Below, piece by piece: positions 50,845-63,735 of a stretch of DNA of 64,000 nucleotides. The DNA is from Mobula hypostoma (lineage: Eukaryota): contig NC_086108.1 of the NCBI RefSeq assembly GCF_963921235.1, forward strand, positions 2,976,001 to 3,040,000, given 5' to 3'. The notes under the pieces are model-generated. The model worked only from the letters and a program-made list of their open reading frames with translations, searched no databases and had not been told where the DNA came from. Within the stretch, counting starts at the first letter, position 1. Each line of letters begins with the position of its first letter. The position numbers were made by a program, and so were the translations under genes.

Positions 50845-53349
50845 CTCAAGCAGTGATGTGATATCTTCAGTGAAGTATTGGTTTGTTATTGTCACAGTGA
50901 CAAGCTTGTCCTGCATACTTTTCATACAGATCAGATCATTACACAGTGCAGTGAGCAAGATAACATGTAGAATAAAGTGTAACACTGACAGAGGAAGTGA
51001 AGTGCAAGTAGAAAATAAGGTACAAGGTCATAACGAGGTAGATGTGAGGTTAAGATGTTCATCTTGTCATTCTTGGGGACTATTCGAGAGTCCAGGGTAG
51101 AAGCTGCCCCTGAGTCTGGTGGTGTGGACTGGACTCTCAGGCTTTTCCGTCTCCAGCCTGATGGGAGCGGGGAGAAGAGGGAATGGCCAGGATGGGTAGG
51201 CACCTTACATGGTCAAGTTGGTCTTAAGGGCTTGTTCCTGTGCTGTCTGACTGCCTTGTCCATAGTGGGTTTGCCTTTCTTTCCGACAACATACAGTGCC
51301 TGTGTAGGTTGCTATTTGAATTTGGCACTACTTCCTATCCCAAACAGGCAAATTAATTGAACAAAGAAATGGAATGCTGGAAGAACAAAACAAGATCATA
51401 GACCGATTGAACAACCAGAGACTTTTCCCCCAAACTGTTACAGATACAGAGAAAGTGAAGATAGGCCATAAGACGACAGGCCACAAAGAGGTAGATTGTG
51501 AGGTCAGGGGTACAATACAATATACTTGGGGTCCATCTGATAGTCTTAGAACAGCTAGAAATGACATACAAATGGGGACAATTTTAAAGTGATTGGAGGA
51601 AAGTATAGGGGGATGTCAGAGGTCATCATCATCATTATTATGTGCTATGTCATATGATCATGGTCTTCTATCTGTCTTTAATCTGAGAAGTTCTAATAAG
51701 CCGTTCAAAACTTTTGCCTGTCCATCTCTTGATGTAACTCATGAGTTCCATGCAATGTGGACCGCAATATTTTTCTCCCATCAATTTTTCCCATCACTGC
51801 AAGATGTTTGAGCTTCTTTTCCCAGTATATGTCCCAGAAATTCCAGCCGCCATTTCCCATTGATATCAGCTGTCTTTTTCTTCCAGCTTTTCACGACACT
51901 TCCTCATTTGTTACTCTGTCCTTCCACAATATCTTCATCATTCTTCTCAAAAACCACATTTCTGCAACTTCCCTCATTTTGTTTTGATATTGTCCAACTT
52001 TTGGTTCCATATGTCAGAGGTAATTTTTTTTCAGACAGTGGTGGGTGTGTGGAATGCCCTGCTATGGGTGGTGGGAGAGGCAGATACATTAGTGGCATTT
52101 AAGAAACTCTTTGATAGGCACATGGGTGAAAGGAAAATGGAGGTCTTTGTGGATGAGAGGAAGTAAGTTATAAGGTTGGCACAACATCGTGGGCTGAAGG
52201 GCCAGTACTATCTATGTCATAACTCTGGACGAATGTGTGCCCTGACCTAAAGTGTGGACTTGCACTTTTTTGCATCCACAGATGCTACTTTTTGTTCTCG
52301 TTTTTCAACCTCTTGGCTCTGCTTTGCCTTTAAGGCTGTTTAAGTGACTTGTGGCAGTCTTTCACACAGCAACAAGGCAACATTTTACCAATTGTTCAGA
52401 TTGTGAGAGCACAAACAAAGCGTGATGTTTCACCTTTGCATTTGAATTTTACTGACACCTCTTCGCAGGGTGATTTAGATCTATGGGGAAGGAGAATGGT
52501 GTGAAACCCATTCGAGAGCCACATTAATCTAAAACTTTGTTAGGAAGTTTGAAAAATAGTCTGGTTAGCACAGCTAACCCCATTTTGAGTCTGTCTCATT
52601 ACGTATGTGTGTCAATGTTTTTGTGTGTTTTTATATGTGGACTTCATTTACAATTTTCAACCTTTCCCTGTAACTTAGCTGCTCAAATCCTGGTGACAGT
52701 TTTGTAAATTTTCTCTGCACTCCTCCGATTTTATTTGCATCTTTCCTGTAGCAGGTGAGCAGAACTGCACACAAAACTCCAAATTAGGCCTCACCAATGT
52801 CCGATACAGCTGCAATGTAACATCCTAAGTCCTGTACTCAGTACTTTGATTCATGAAGATCAGGGTGCCAAAAGCTTTAATTTACAATGCTGTCTACCTC
52901 TGATGCCCCTTTTCAAGAGATTATGGAGCAGTAATCCCAGATCACCTTGTTCTGACTCACTTGATGCCTGGCCATTCGTTCTCCAAGTACTACCCTAGTT
53001 TGTCCTGCCAAAGTGCAAAACCTCACACTCATCTGCATTTAGGGCAGAGGGGAGGAATTTCTTTAGATAGACGGATGTGAATCTGTGGAATTTATTGCCA
53101 CAGATGGCTGTGAAGACCAAGTAATTGGGTATATTTAAAACAGGTTCTTGGTTAATAAAAGTGTCAAACGTTAGGGGAGAAGGCAGGAAATTGGGGTAAA
53201 GAGGGATTTTTTAAAAAAATCTGCTATGATCGAATGGTGGAACAGACTTGATAGGTCAGATGGCCTAATTCTGCTCCAGAGTCTAATGATCCTTATTTCC
53301 ATGAGCAGCAGATGCTGCTGGTACCCACTCGTAACCTTTTTCTCTTTAG

Positions 53350-53466
53350 CTGCAGGCAATGCCTTCTGTGAAGCTGCTAAACTCCACCTACACTTGCAGA
53401 GCAAACATGATGCTGCAACAAACTTCGTGGATGCTGGAAATGCCTTTAAGAAAGCTGACCCTCAAG
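53350..53466 (+). CDS. NAPA: Alpha-SNAP coding exon 3
   Basis: 117 bp, AG/GT bounded; encodes [39 protein letters not shown]. The motif DAAT..GNAFKK favours NAPA over NAPB (DSAT..GNAYKK). Confidence 0.95.
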
Positions 53467-53804
53467 GTAACCTCTACTATTGTTGTAAATATTCCCAAAG
53501 ACTGCAGAATTGTAGTGTAAAATGTGTTTTAAAGGCTTAAAATGAGCATTTTGTCTCTCAGATTCTTCAGTAGTGTTAAAGTGTTATCAAAGTACATATA
53601 AATTATACAACCTTCAGAATCATCTCCTTGCAGGCTGCCGCAAAACAAGAAACCCAAAAGAAACCATTTTTAAAAAAAAGACTAACAAACTCCCAATGCG
53701 CAGAGAAAGAGGGAAAAAAGCACAAATCGTGCAAACAGTGAAAACGAGCAACAGCATTCAGAGCAAAAGGAAGTCCACAGACATGAATCCCGGAGCAGGC
53801 CCAC

Positions 53805-56707
53805 ACCCTCAGCCTCTGTTCAGCACACAGCGGGGCAAATCGTGAAGCTCACAGACAGACTGTCACCGTCAGCCTCTGTTCAGCACACAGCGGGGCAAAT
53901 CGTGAAGCTCACGGACAGGCTGTCACCCTCAGCCTCTGTTCAGCACACAGCGGGGCAAATCGTGAAGCTCACGGACAGGCTGTCACCCTCAGCCTCTGTT
54001 CAGCACACAGCGGGGCAAATCGTGAAGCTCACAGACAGACTGTCACCCTCAGCCTCTGTTCAGCACACAGCGGGGTAAATCGTGAAGCTCACGGACAGGC
54101 TGTCACCCTCAGCCTCTGTTCAGCACACAGCGGGGCAAATCGTGAAGCTCACAGACAGACTGTCACCCTCAGCCTCTGTTCAGTACACAGCGGGGTAAAT
54201 CGTGAAGCTCACAGACAGACTGTCACCCTCAGCCTCTGTTCAGTACACAGCGGGGTAAATCGTGAAGCTCACAGACAGGCTGTCACCCTCAGCCTCTGTT
54301 CAGTACACAGCGGGGCAAATCGTGAAGCTCACGGACAGGCTGTCACCCTCAGCCTCTGTTCAGCACACAGCGGGGCAAATCGTGAAGCTCACAGACAGAC
54401 TGTCACCCTCAGCCTCTGTTCAGCACACAGCGGGGTAAATCGTGAAGCTCACAGACAGGCTGTCACCCTCAGCCTCTGTTCAGCACACAGCGGGGCAAAT
54501 CGTGAAGCTCACAGACAGACTGTCACCCTCAGCCTCTGTTCAGCACACAGCGGGGCAAATCGTGAAGCTCACAGACAGACTGTCACCCTCAGCCTCTGTT
54601 CAGCACACAGCGGGGTAAATCGTGAAGCTCACAGACAGACTGTCACCCTCAGCCTCTGTTCAGTACACAGCGGGGCAAATCGTGAAGCTCACAGACAGAC
54701 TGTCACCCTCAGCCTCTGTTCAGCACACAGCGGGGTAAATCGTGAAGCTCACAGACAGACTGTCACCCTCAGCCTCTGTTCAGCACACAGCGGGGTAAAT
54801 CGTGAAGCTCACAGACAGGCTGTCACCCTCAGCCTCTGTTCAGCACACAGCGGGGCAAATCGTGAAGCTCACAGACAGACTGTCACCCTCAGCCTCTGTT
54901 CAGCACACAGCGGGGCAAATCGTGAAGCTCACAGACAGACTGTCACCCTCAGCCTCTGTTCAGCACACAGCGGGGCAAATCGTGAAGCTCACAGACAGAC
55001 TGTCACCCTCAGCCTCTGTTCAGCACACAGCGGGGCAAATCGTGAAGCTCACAGACAGACTGTCACCCTCAGCCTCTGTTCAGCACACAGCGGGGCAAAT
55101 CGTGAAGCTCACAGACAGACTGTCACCCTCAGCCTCTGTTCAGCACACAGCGAGGCAAATCGTGAAGCTCACAGACAGACTGTCACCCTCAGCCTCTGTT
55201 CAGCACACAGCGGGGTAAATCGTGAAGCTCACGGACAGACTGTCACCCTCAGCCTCTGTTCAGCACACAGCGGGGTAAATCGTGAAGCTCACGGACAGGC
55301 TGTCACCCTCAGCCTCTGTTCAGCACACAGCGGGGTAAATCGTGAAGCTCACAGACAGACTGTCACCCTCAGCCTCTGTTCAGCACACAGCGGGGCAAAT
55401 CGTGAAGCTCACAGACAGACTGTCACCATCAGCCTCTGTTCAGTACACAGCGGGGCAAATCGTGAAGCTCACAGACAGACTGTCACCCTCAGCCTCTGTT
55501 CAGTACACAGTGGGGCAAATGGTGAAGCTCACAGACAGACTGTCACCCTCAGCCTCTGTTCAGCACACAGCGGGGCAAATCGTGAAGCTCACGGACAGGC
55601 TGTCACCCTCAGCCTCTGTTCAGCACACAGCGGGGCAAATCGTGAAGCTCACAGACAGACTGTCACCCTCAGCCTCTGTTCAGCACACAGCGGGGCAAAT
55701 CGTGAAGCTCACAGACAGACTGTCACCATCAGCCTCTGTTCAGTACACAGCGGGGCAAATCGTGAAGCTCACAGACAGACTGTCACCCTCAGCCTCTGTT
55801 CAGCACACAGCGGGGTAAATCGTGAAGCTCACGGACAGGCTGTCACCATCAGCCTCTGTTCAGCACACAGCGGGGCAAATCGTGAAGCTCACAGACAGAC
55901 TGTCACCCTCAGCCTCTGTTCAGCACACAGCGGGGTAAATCGTGAAGCTCACGGACAGGCTGTCACCATCAGCCTCTGTTCAGCACACAGCGGGGCAAAT
56001 CGTGAAGCTCACAGACAGACTGTCACCCTCAGCCTCTGTTCAGTACACAGCGGGGCAAATCGTGAAGCTCACAGACAGACTGTCACCCTCAGCCTCTGTT
56101 CAGTACACAGCGGGGCAAATCGTGAAGCTCACAGACAGACTGTCACCCTCAGCCTCTGTTCAGCACACAGCGGGGCAAATCGTGAAGCTCACAGACAGAC
56201 TGTCACCCTCAGCCTCTGTTCAGCACACAGCGGGGCAAATCGTGAAGCTCACAGACAGACTGTCACCCTCAGCCTCTGTTCAGCACACAGCGGGGCAAAT
56301 CGTGAAGCTCACAGACAGACTGTCACCCTCAGCCTCTGTTCAGCACACAGCGGGGTAAATCGTGAAGCTCACAGACAGACTGTCACCCTCAGCCTCTGTT
56401 CAGCACACAGCGGGGTAAATCGTGAAGCTCACGGACAGGCTGTCACCATCAGCCTCTGTTCAGCACACAGCGGGGCAAATCGTGAAGCTCACAGACAGGC
56501 TGTCACCATCAGCCTCTGTTCAGCACACAGCGGGGCAAATGGTGAAGCTCACAGACAGACTGTCACCCTCAGCCTCTGTTCAGCACACAGTGGGGCAAAT
56601 CGTGAAGCTCACGGACAGGCTGTCACCGTCAGCCTCTGTTCAGCACACAGCGGGGTAAATTGTGAAGCTCACAGACATGAATCCGGAGCAGGCCCACACC
56701 CTCAGCC
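53805..56707. repeat. 60-bp tandem array, about 48 copies, in NAPA intron 3
   Basis: Unit CAGCACACAGCGGGG(C/T)AAATCGTGAAGCTCACAGACAGACTGTCACCCTCAGCCTCTGTT; no indels, few substitutions. Confidence 0.98.
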
Positions 56708-58743
56708 CAGAGTAAGTGTCATGGAGTAGCAAGGAGAACTGATCTGACCCGACCCACGCCTCTGGACCTGATACCATGCCTTCTCAATCCATCTGGCCCG
56801 GTGTGTAAATTGTCCGAACATTAGGATGTTCTCTGCACTCGGACCCGGACCCTGTTGCTTTGATGCTCAGTGGGCTTGGACCCCCCCCCCCGCCATGCTC
56901 CGGCCTGTACCTGACCTTTACAAATTGGCCCCTTGCTGATTAGGTTTACAATGCATGAATGTGGAATCATTTATATACTGTTTATCGGAATGCAAATGTT
57001 TAGAAATTTTAAATTCCCTTTTAGTAAGGATGAATATTTTTGCAGATAGTGATGCAAAATTGATTCACTCACTTAATCTGTTACAGCTGACTTCTGTTTA
57101 TGTACAAGTCAACTGACCTATCTAATCAAGGATCAGTTTTATTCACCATACACATTTACATGTATCAGGAATTTGCTGTGGTGTCTTGGTTCAAAGTACA
57201 TTTATAATCAAAGCAACCCTCTCAAAATGCTGGAGGAACTCAGCAGGTCAGGCAGCCTCTGAGGAAAAGAGTAAACAGTCGACGTTTCAGGCTGAGCCCA
57301 TCGTTAGGACTGAAAAGGAAGGAGGCTGCCGTCTCACACATTAGTTGATACAGGTTCAGTTCTTCGTGGTTTACATGTTCTCCCTGAGATTCTGTGGATT
57401 TAATCTGCAGATTGATTGGTTAATTAGTTGCTGCGATTGGCCTAACGTGCGGATGAGTGATAGAATCTAGAGACCCAATGGGTACTTTGCAGACCTAGCA
57501 GCCACTGTAGATCCAATCAAAGGTGGATTTATTTGTCTTGTACGTCTTTTTTAAGATAGCCGGTCACTGCTGGATACTAAGCCTATCAGGTAGTGCAGGA
57601 CAATCCCATCAGCAGGTTGCTCGATAGCAATGGAGCTAGACTTACTGCTTACTGTTGCAATGTTGTTACCTGGACCTGTCATATACTGTTGTGCCGAGAA
57701 GGTGCGAGTGACTGGCTTGGACATTTTTATTGTGATTGCAAGACCCTGTTGGACGTTGGTAATGTAGAATGCTGTAAGTCCATTTCACGTGTTCATTAGT
57801 CAGCTGTGGGGGAGCTGTGTTGCCTCGGTTGTGGGGAGGACTAGGCCTGTGTAGAGGGTTTGCCTGTCACAGCCAACAGGAGAGGAGATGTCAAGACAGT
57901 GTGGGAAAGCCTCTGTGGGGTGCATTGGGTTGGAGACTGGCCCTTTCTGTTGGTACTGCTCTCCAGTGTTCACGGTTGAAAAATAAGTTGAATCAGGACA
58001 ATACAGACACATCACTTGAGGACTTTGGCTATATTTTTTTCTCTCTGTGACTGTATGTTTTTCTGAAATCATAGCCATATGTGCTATTTGTGCTGTGTGC
58101 TGTATTGGTGATGTATTTTGCATCTTGGCCTGGAGGAGCACTGTTTTGTTTAGCTATATTCATTTATGGTTAAATGATAATTAAATGAACTTGAAAATAA
58201 AATGGGATTACTGTAAATGGATTTAATGTTATACTTGGCATTATGGGGGCTGTAAAGAAAAGAGCCACCAGAACTGTCACAGAGGTTGCTGAGTGACCCT
58301 CCAGGTAGTTCTGGATCAAGAGGTATGACCCATAGACCAACACAATCCAGGGCCTGATCAACACTGGCTGGGTCACTTGGGTGAAGGTGTCTGATGTTGA
58401 AAGACCTGAAACACCCGATGACTGCAGATTACATCACTGATGATGTACATCACTGTGATTACATCACTGATGATGTGTCCCAGCACATCCAAGGATATAT
58501 CTCAGCATCATAGCGATAGTCGGTATAAACACAATGAGCCAAAATGCCTTTTTAATGCCTGTGAGTCTATGAAATCAGTAGATGAGTTTTGATAATTGAA
58601 TGCACAATTTCTGCCTGTGTCCACATATTAAGATGATATTCAAATTTAAAAGAACAGGCAGAAATGGGTGCATTGTTAGTAACCTAAGGTATTTCTTTTA
58701 AACTAATGTTAAATGGTTTTCTCCATTTTTATTTTTTTTTTAG

Positions 58744-58790
58744 AAGCCATTAATTGTTTGAACAGAGCTATCGAGATTTACACAGATATG
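58744..58790 (+). CDS. NAPA: Alpha-SNAP coding exon 4
   Basis: 47 bp after a long polypyrimidine tract and TAG; encodes EAINCLNRAIEIYTDM, followed by a GTAAG donor. RAIEIY is NAPA-like. Confidence 0.95.
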
Positions 58791-59649
58791 GTAAGACGTC
58801 AACATCATTGCTTGAATTTTGGAACACACTTTCATTAACGAGAAGTAATTTGCAAAGTCCAAATCCCAGGACTCATTGAGACTTTGAGAGTATCCTATTT
58901 TTAACTTCCAGTGAATAAACTCTAAGTTCTTTGGGCTCAGCAGGGTGGATACAGAAAGGATATTTCTGTCTGAGTTCAGAACCAGAGGTCGCAGTGTCAG
59001 AATAAGGGGTAGAATGAGATGAGAAGTTTATTCAGAATTCTCTATCCTAAAGGACTGTTGACCATTGTTCATTCAAAACAGGCAATTTGGATATTAAGGG
59101 CAGAAGGATTAAGGATATAGTGCAGGGAAGTAAAGCCAAGGTGGAAGTTCAGTGTTTCAATTTAATATCAGGGAATGTTTACAGTATACAACCTGAAATT
59201 CTTACTCTTCACAGACATCCACCAACAGAAAAACCACCCAAAGAAAGAATGACAGAAACATCAGAACCCCTAAGCTTCTCCTCCCCCTCCTACGCACAAG
59301 CAGCAGCGAAAATCACAACCTCAGAATCAGATTTATTATCACCGGCATGTGTTGTGAAATTTGTTAACTTAGCAGCAGTTCAATGCAATACATAATATAG
59401 AAGAAAAAATAATAAATAAATAAATAACAGCATACGTATATTGAATAGATTAAAAATCATTGAAAAACCAGAAGTAATATTTAAGATATTGGAAAAGGTT
59501 TGTAGCTCAGGTTGAGGATGTTGTTGTTCAGTGGCTCACCGAGCTGGCTTGTTAGCTTGCAGACTTTTCGTTACCCAGCTGGGCAACATCATCAGTGCAA
59601 CTTCGAATGAAATGTTGGTGATCTACTTTGTCTTTTATCTGTCCTGTGA

Positions 59650-60243
59650 TTAATCCTGAGGCTGTCTACAAGAAGGGTCAGAGCCGTCTCTATTTCCTGA
59701 GGAGACTGAGGTCCTTTAACATCTGCTGGACGATGCTGAGGATATTCTACGAGTCTGTGGTCGCCAGTGCTATCATATTTTGTGTGCTGGGGCAGCAGGC
59801 TGAGGGTAGCAGACACCAACAGAATCAACAAACTCATTCGTAAGGCCAGTGATGTTGTGGGGATGGAACTGGACTCTCTCACGGTGGTGTCTGGAAAGAG
59901 GATGCTGTCCAAGTTGCATGCCATCATGGACAATGTCTCCCATCCACTACATAATGTACTGGGTGGGCACAGGAGTACATTCAGCCAGAGACTCATTCCA
60001 CCGAGACGCAACACAGAGCGTCACAGGAAGTCATTCCTGCCTGTGGCCATCAAACTTTACAACTCCTCTCTTGGAGGGTCAGACACCCTGAGCCAATAGG
60101 CTGGTCCTGGACTTATTTCATAATTTACTGGCATAATTTACATATTGCTATTTAACTATTTATGGTTCTATTACTATTCATTATTTATGGTGCAACTGTA
60201 ACGAAAACCAATTTCCCCCGGGATCAATAAAGTATGACTATGA
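59650..60243 (+). mobile_element. Rex1/Babar LINE 3' fragment
   Basis: KKGQSRLYFLRRLRSFN...SHPLHNVL...SFLPVAIKLYN, AATAAA and a (TATGAC)n tail; same family as 14986-16097. Confidence 0.85.
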
Positions 60244-60762
60244 CTGTCCGTTTGTATTTGTGTGGGGGTATATGTGCCATTTCTATTGGTTACTGATGAT
60301 GTAATCTGCGATTGGTTCATTAAAATCCAATTTGGTGATAATTGTTTTCCAGGTTGTGTCAGTCGACCGTTATGTAGGATTAAGGTCGTCCTCATTGACA
60401 CGTGTAATCAGGTGTGAATTGCCTCTTGGCTCTGGACTGAGGACTTGACGCTGAAGTGGGATGTAAACTGGGTTCATTTCGACGTGCTTGTTGATAGAAT
60501 TCTGTGTGGAGAACAAAGCCTGTAAGAATTCTTGTCATGATCAACTTTCCCTTGTATCTATACATTGTGACAGTGAAGCACATCAATTCGACTGGACTAA
60601 TGTCACTATCTTTGGTCAAGCCCGTCAACGACAAGCCTGGGAATTATCACCTAATCGGATTTTAACAAACCAATTGTGGATTACATCATCGGTAACCAGT
60701 AGAAATGGCACATATACACAGACATGTGATGAACTACGTAGATCGCCAACATTTTATTAAAG

Positions 60763-60806
60763 TTGCACTGATGATGTTGCCTAGCTAGGTAATGAAATGT
60801 CTGCAA
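60763..60806 (+). ncRNA. Hammerhead ribozyme motif of the second PLE family (inverted twin at 59557-59600)
   Basis: TTGCA-CTGATGA-TGTTGCCTAGCTAGGTAAT-GAAA-TG-TC-TGCAA; stem I TTGCA/TGCAA and a long stem II. Confidence 0.65.
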
Positions 60807-60844
60807 GCTAACAAGCCAGCTCAGTGAGCTACTCAATAACAAGA

Positions 60845-61592
60845 AATAATATATATTAAAAAAGTGAGGTAGTGTTCAGGGGTTCAATGACCATTTAGGA
60901 ATCGGATGGCAGAGGGCGAAAAGTTGTTCCTGAATCACTGAGTGTGTGCCTTCAGGCTTCTGTATCTCCTACCTGATGGTAACAGTGAGAAAAGGGCATG
61001 CCCTGGGTGCTAGAGGTCCTTAATAATGGACGCTGCCTTTCTGAGACACCACTCCTTGAAGATGTCCAGGGTACTTTGTAGGCTAGTACCTAAGATGGAG
61101 CCGACTTAAATTTACAACCCTCTGCAGCTTCGTTTGGTGCTGTGCAGTAGCCCCCCCCCCCCATACCAGACAGTGATTCAGCCTGTCAGAATGCTCTCCA
61201 TGGTACATCTATAGAAGTTTTTGAGGGTATTTGTTGACATGCCAAGTATCTTTAAACTCCTAATGAAGTATAGCTGCTGCCTTGCCTTCTTTATAACTGC
61301 ATCAATATGTTGGGACCAGGTTAGGTCCTCAGATATCTTGACACCCAAGAACTTGAAACTGCTCACTCTCTCCACTTCTAATCCCTGTATGAAGATTGGT
61401 ATGTATTCCTTTGTCTTACCCTTCCAGAAGTCCACAATCAGCTCTTTCTTTTGTCTTACTGACATTGAGTGCCAGATTGTAGCTGTGACACCACTCCACT
61501 AGTTGGCATATCTCACTCCTGTACGCCCTCTCGTCACCATCTAAGATTCTACTGTCAATGGTTATATCGTCAGCAAATTTGTAGATGGTATA
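60845..61592 (-). mobile_element. Rex1/Babar(L2-group)-like LINE 3' fragment
   Basis: YKFADD, KELIVDF, FKFLGVKISEDLTWS and KKARQQLYFIR motifs. Confidence 0.85.
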
Positions 61593-61743
61593 GAAGGTAT
61601 TAACCTTCCCCCCACTAGCACCAGCAAAAGCACCAACCCCCACCATCTGATGGAACTATATTGCACAGGACTGGCTCTTTGGCCCACGATGTTTATATGA
61701 CCTTTTACCCTAGTCCAAGATCAATCTAACCGTTCCCTCCCAT

Positions 61744-61880
61744 AAACAACAGGAATTCTGCAGATGCTGGAAATTCAAGCAACATACATCAAAGTTGCTG
61801 GTGAACGCAGCAGGCCAAGCAGCATCTATAGGAAGAGGCGCAGTCGACGTTTCAGGCCGAGACCCTTCGTCAGGACCCTT
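61744..61880 (-). mobile_element. Short young PLE terminal fragment with hammerhead motif and TSD
   Basis: Reverse complement nearly identical to 20610-20742; TSD CGTTCCCTCCCAT at 61731 and 61881. Confidence 0.88.
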
Positions 61881-62356
61881 CGTTCCCTCCCATGTAGCCC
61901 TCCATTTTTTAATCTTAAATATCCCTACTGTATCTGCCTCTAGCAACACCCCTGGGAGAGCTTTCCACGCACCCACCACTCTGTGTTTAAAAAAGACTTC
62001 CATCCTCTCATACTTTTCTCCAGTCATCTTAATGTTATGCCTCCTTGTATTAGCCTTTTCCGCCCTGGAAAAAAGTAGACCATAAGATATAAGAGCAGAA
62101 TTAGGCCATTTGGCCCTTCAAGCATGCTACACCATTTCATCATGGCTGATCAATTTTTCCTCTCAGTCACAATCCCCTGTCTTCTCCCCATTACCCTTCA
62201 TGCCCTGACTAATCAAGAATCACTCAACCTCTGGCTTAAATGTACCCAGTGACTTGACCTCCACAGCCACCTGTAGCAATGAATTCCACAGATTCACCAC
62301 CCTCTGGCTGAAGAAATTCCTCCTCATCTCTGTTCCAAATGGACATCCCTCTACTC

Positions 62357-62438
62357 CAGGGGTTCCCAACCTTTTTTTCATGCTATTGACTCCTACCATT
62401 AACTGAGGGGTTTGTGGACCCTAGTTTGGGAACCCCTG
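62357..62438. mobile_element. 82-bp hAT-type MITE in a CR1 3' region
   Basis: TIRs CAGGGGTTCCCAA / TTGGGAACCCCTG; 8-bp TSD CTCTACTC/CTCTATTC. Confidence 0.85.
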
Positions 62439-63119
62439 CTCTATTCTGAGGCTGTGCCCTCAAGTCTAAGACTCCCCCACTCCCCCACCACAGGAAAAAT
62501 CCTCTCCACATGCACTCTATCTTGGCCTTTTAACATTTGGATAGGTTTCAATGAGATTCCCTCCCCCGCCTTAATTCTTCTGAATTCCAGTGGGTATAGG
62601 CCCAGACCCATCAAATGATAAGCCTTTCAATCCCAGAGTAATATTTGTGAACCTCCTCTGAACCCCCTACAATGTTAGCACATCCTTTTTTTGATAAGGG
62701 GCCCAAAACTGCTCGCATTACACTAAGTGAGGCCTCACCAGTGCTTTATAAAGTCTCAACATTACATCCTTGCTGTCTGGCTGTCCACTTGATCTATGTC
62801 TCTTACCATCTTGTACACCTCTCGCCATCCTTTGGTCTAAAGAGAAAAACGCTTTGGCTCACTTGGCCTATCATGATCTTGATAATTGGTGGGGCAGGCT
62901 TGATGAACCAGATGGCTTACACCTGACTATATGATCAAATGTGTCCGTCTCCTTCTGTCACTACAAGTTCATGCTGTTTTCAATGGGAATGAGTCTTAAA
63001 CAATAGGCTAGCAAGTCCTTCAAGTCTTCAGTGAACTTCAGACTGATCTCCACTCCATATTGTATGCCTTGGCATTTATATTTTTAAAATCAACTTGAGC
63101 GGCAATTGGTTGTAATAGA

Positions 63120-63735
63120 GAGCTTCTTTCCTTAGTTTGGAGAGACTAGAGTATAAAAGCAAGGCTATAATGTTGAGGCTTTATAAAGCACAGTTGAGGC
63201 TTCACTTGGAGTATTGTAAGCAATTTTGGGTCCCTTATCCAAGAAAGGATGTGCTGAGGATTCATAGGAGGGTCACGAAAATGATTCTGAGATTGAAAGG
63301 CTTGCCAAATGAGGAGCGTTTAATGGATCTGGGCCTATACTCACTGGAATGAGGAGTGACCTCATTGAAGAATTTAAATCTATTGGTTGTTGAAAGGTCC
63401 AGATAGAGTGGATGTGGAGAGGATGTTTCCTATGGTGAGGGAGTCTAAGATCAGAGGACATAGCCTCAAAATAGAGGGACATCCTTTTAGAACAGAAATG
63501 AGGAATTTCTTTAGCCGGAGAGTGGTGAAACTGGAATTTGTTGCTATGGGCAACCAAATCATTTGACATGTTTAAGGCAGAGGTTGATGGATTCTTGATT
63601 GATCAGGGCATGAAGGGATACAGGAAGAGGGCAGGAGACTGGAGCTGTAAGGGAAAATGGATTAGCCTGATGAAATGGTGGAGCGGACTCGATGAGCCAA
63701 ATACCTTAATTCTGATCCTATATTTTATGGTCTTT
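63120..63735 (+). mobile_element. CR1 LINE 3' fragment (degenerate)
   Basis: LYKAQLRLHLEYCKQFWVPYPRKDVL...LGLYSLE plus the CR1 3'UTR. Confidence 0.8.

Larger units (their letters stand above)
59475..60845. mobile_element. Second PLE family with inverted pseudo-LTRs, split by a Rex1 insertion
   Basis: Arms at 59522-59627 plus 60250-60342 are inverted against 60641-60842. The core reads DQLSLVSIHCDSEAHQFDWTNVTIFGQARQRQAWE, resembling a PLE GIY-YIG C-terminal segment. Confidence 0.75.

Noticed and set aside
53842..56658. Repetitive KLTDRLSPSASVQHTAGQIV ORFs
   Set aside because: The 60-bp unit is a multiple of three, frequent TAA variants break the frame, and the array is intronic.
58400..58490. 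CTGATGA repeats as a further hammerhead
   Set aside because: No downstream GAAA or stem I in the required order; this is a short local triplication in a LINE tail also seen near 30730-30780.
26328..58790. Assignment as NAPB rather than NAPA
   Set aside because: Some residues look NAPB-like (KEREAV, EMY, AAKLH), but MDNS, GSSK, DAAT..AFKK and RAIEIY favour NAPA, as does linkage to SARS2 (both on human 19q). Not fully excluded without a phylogeny.
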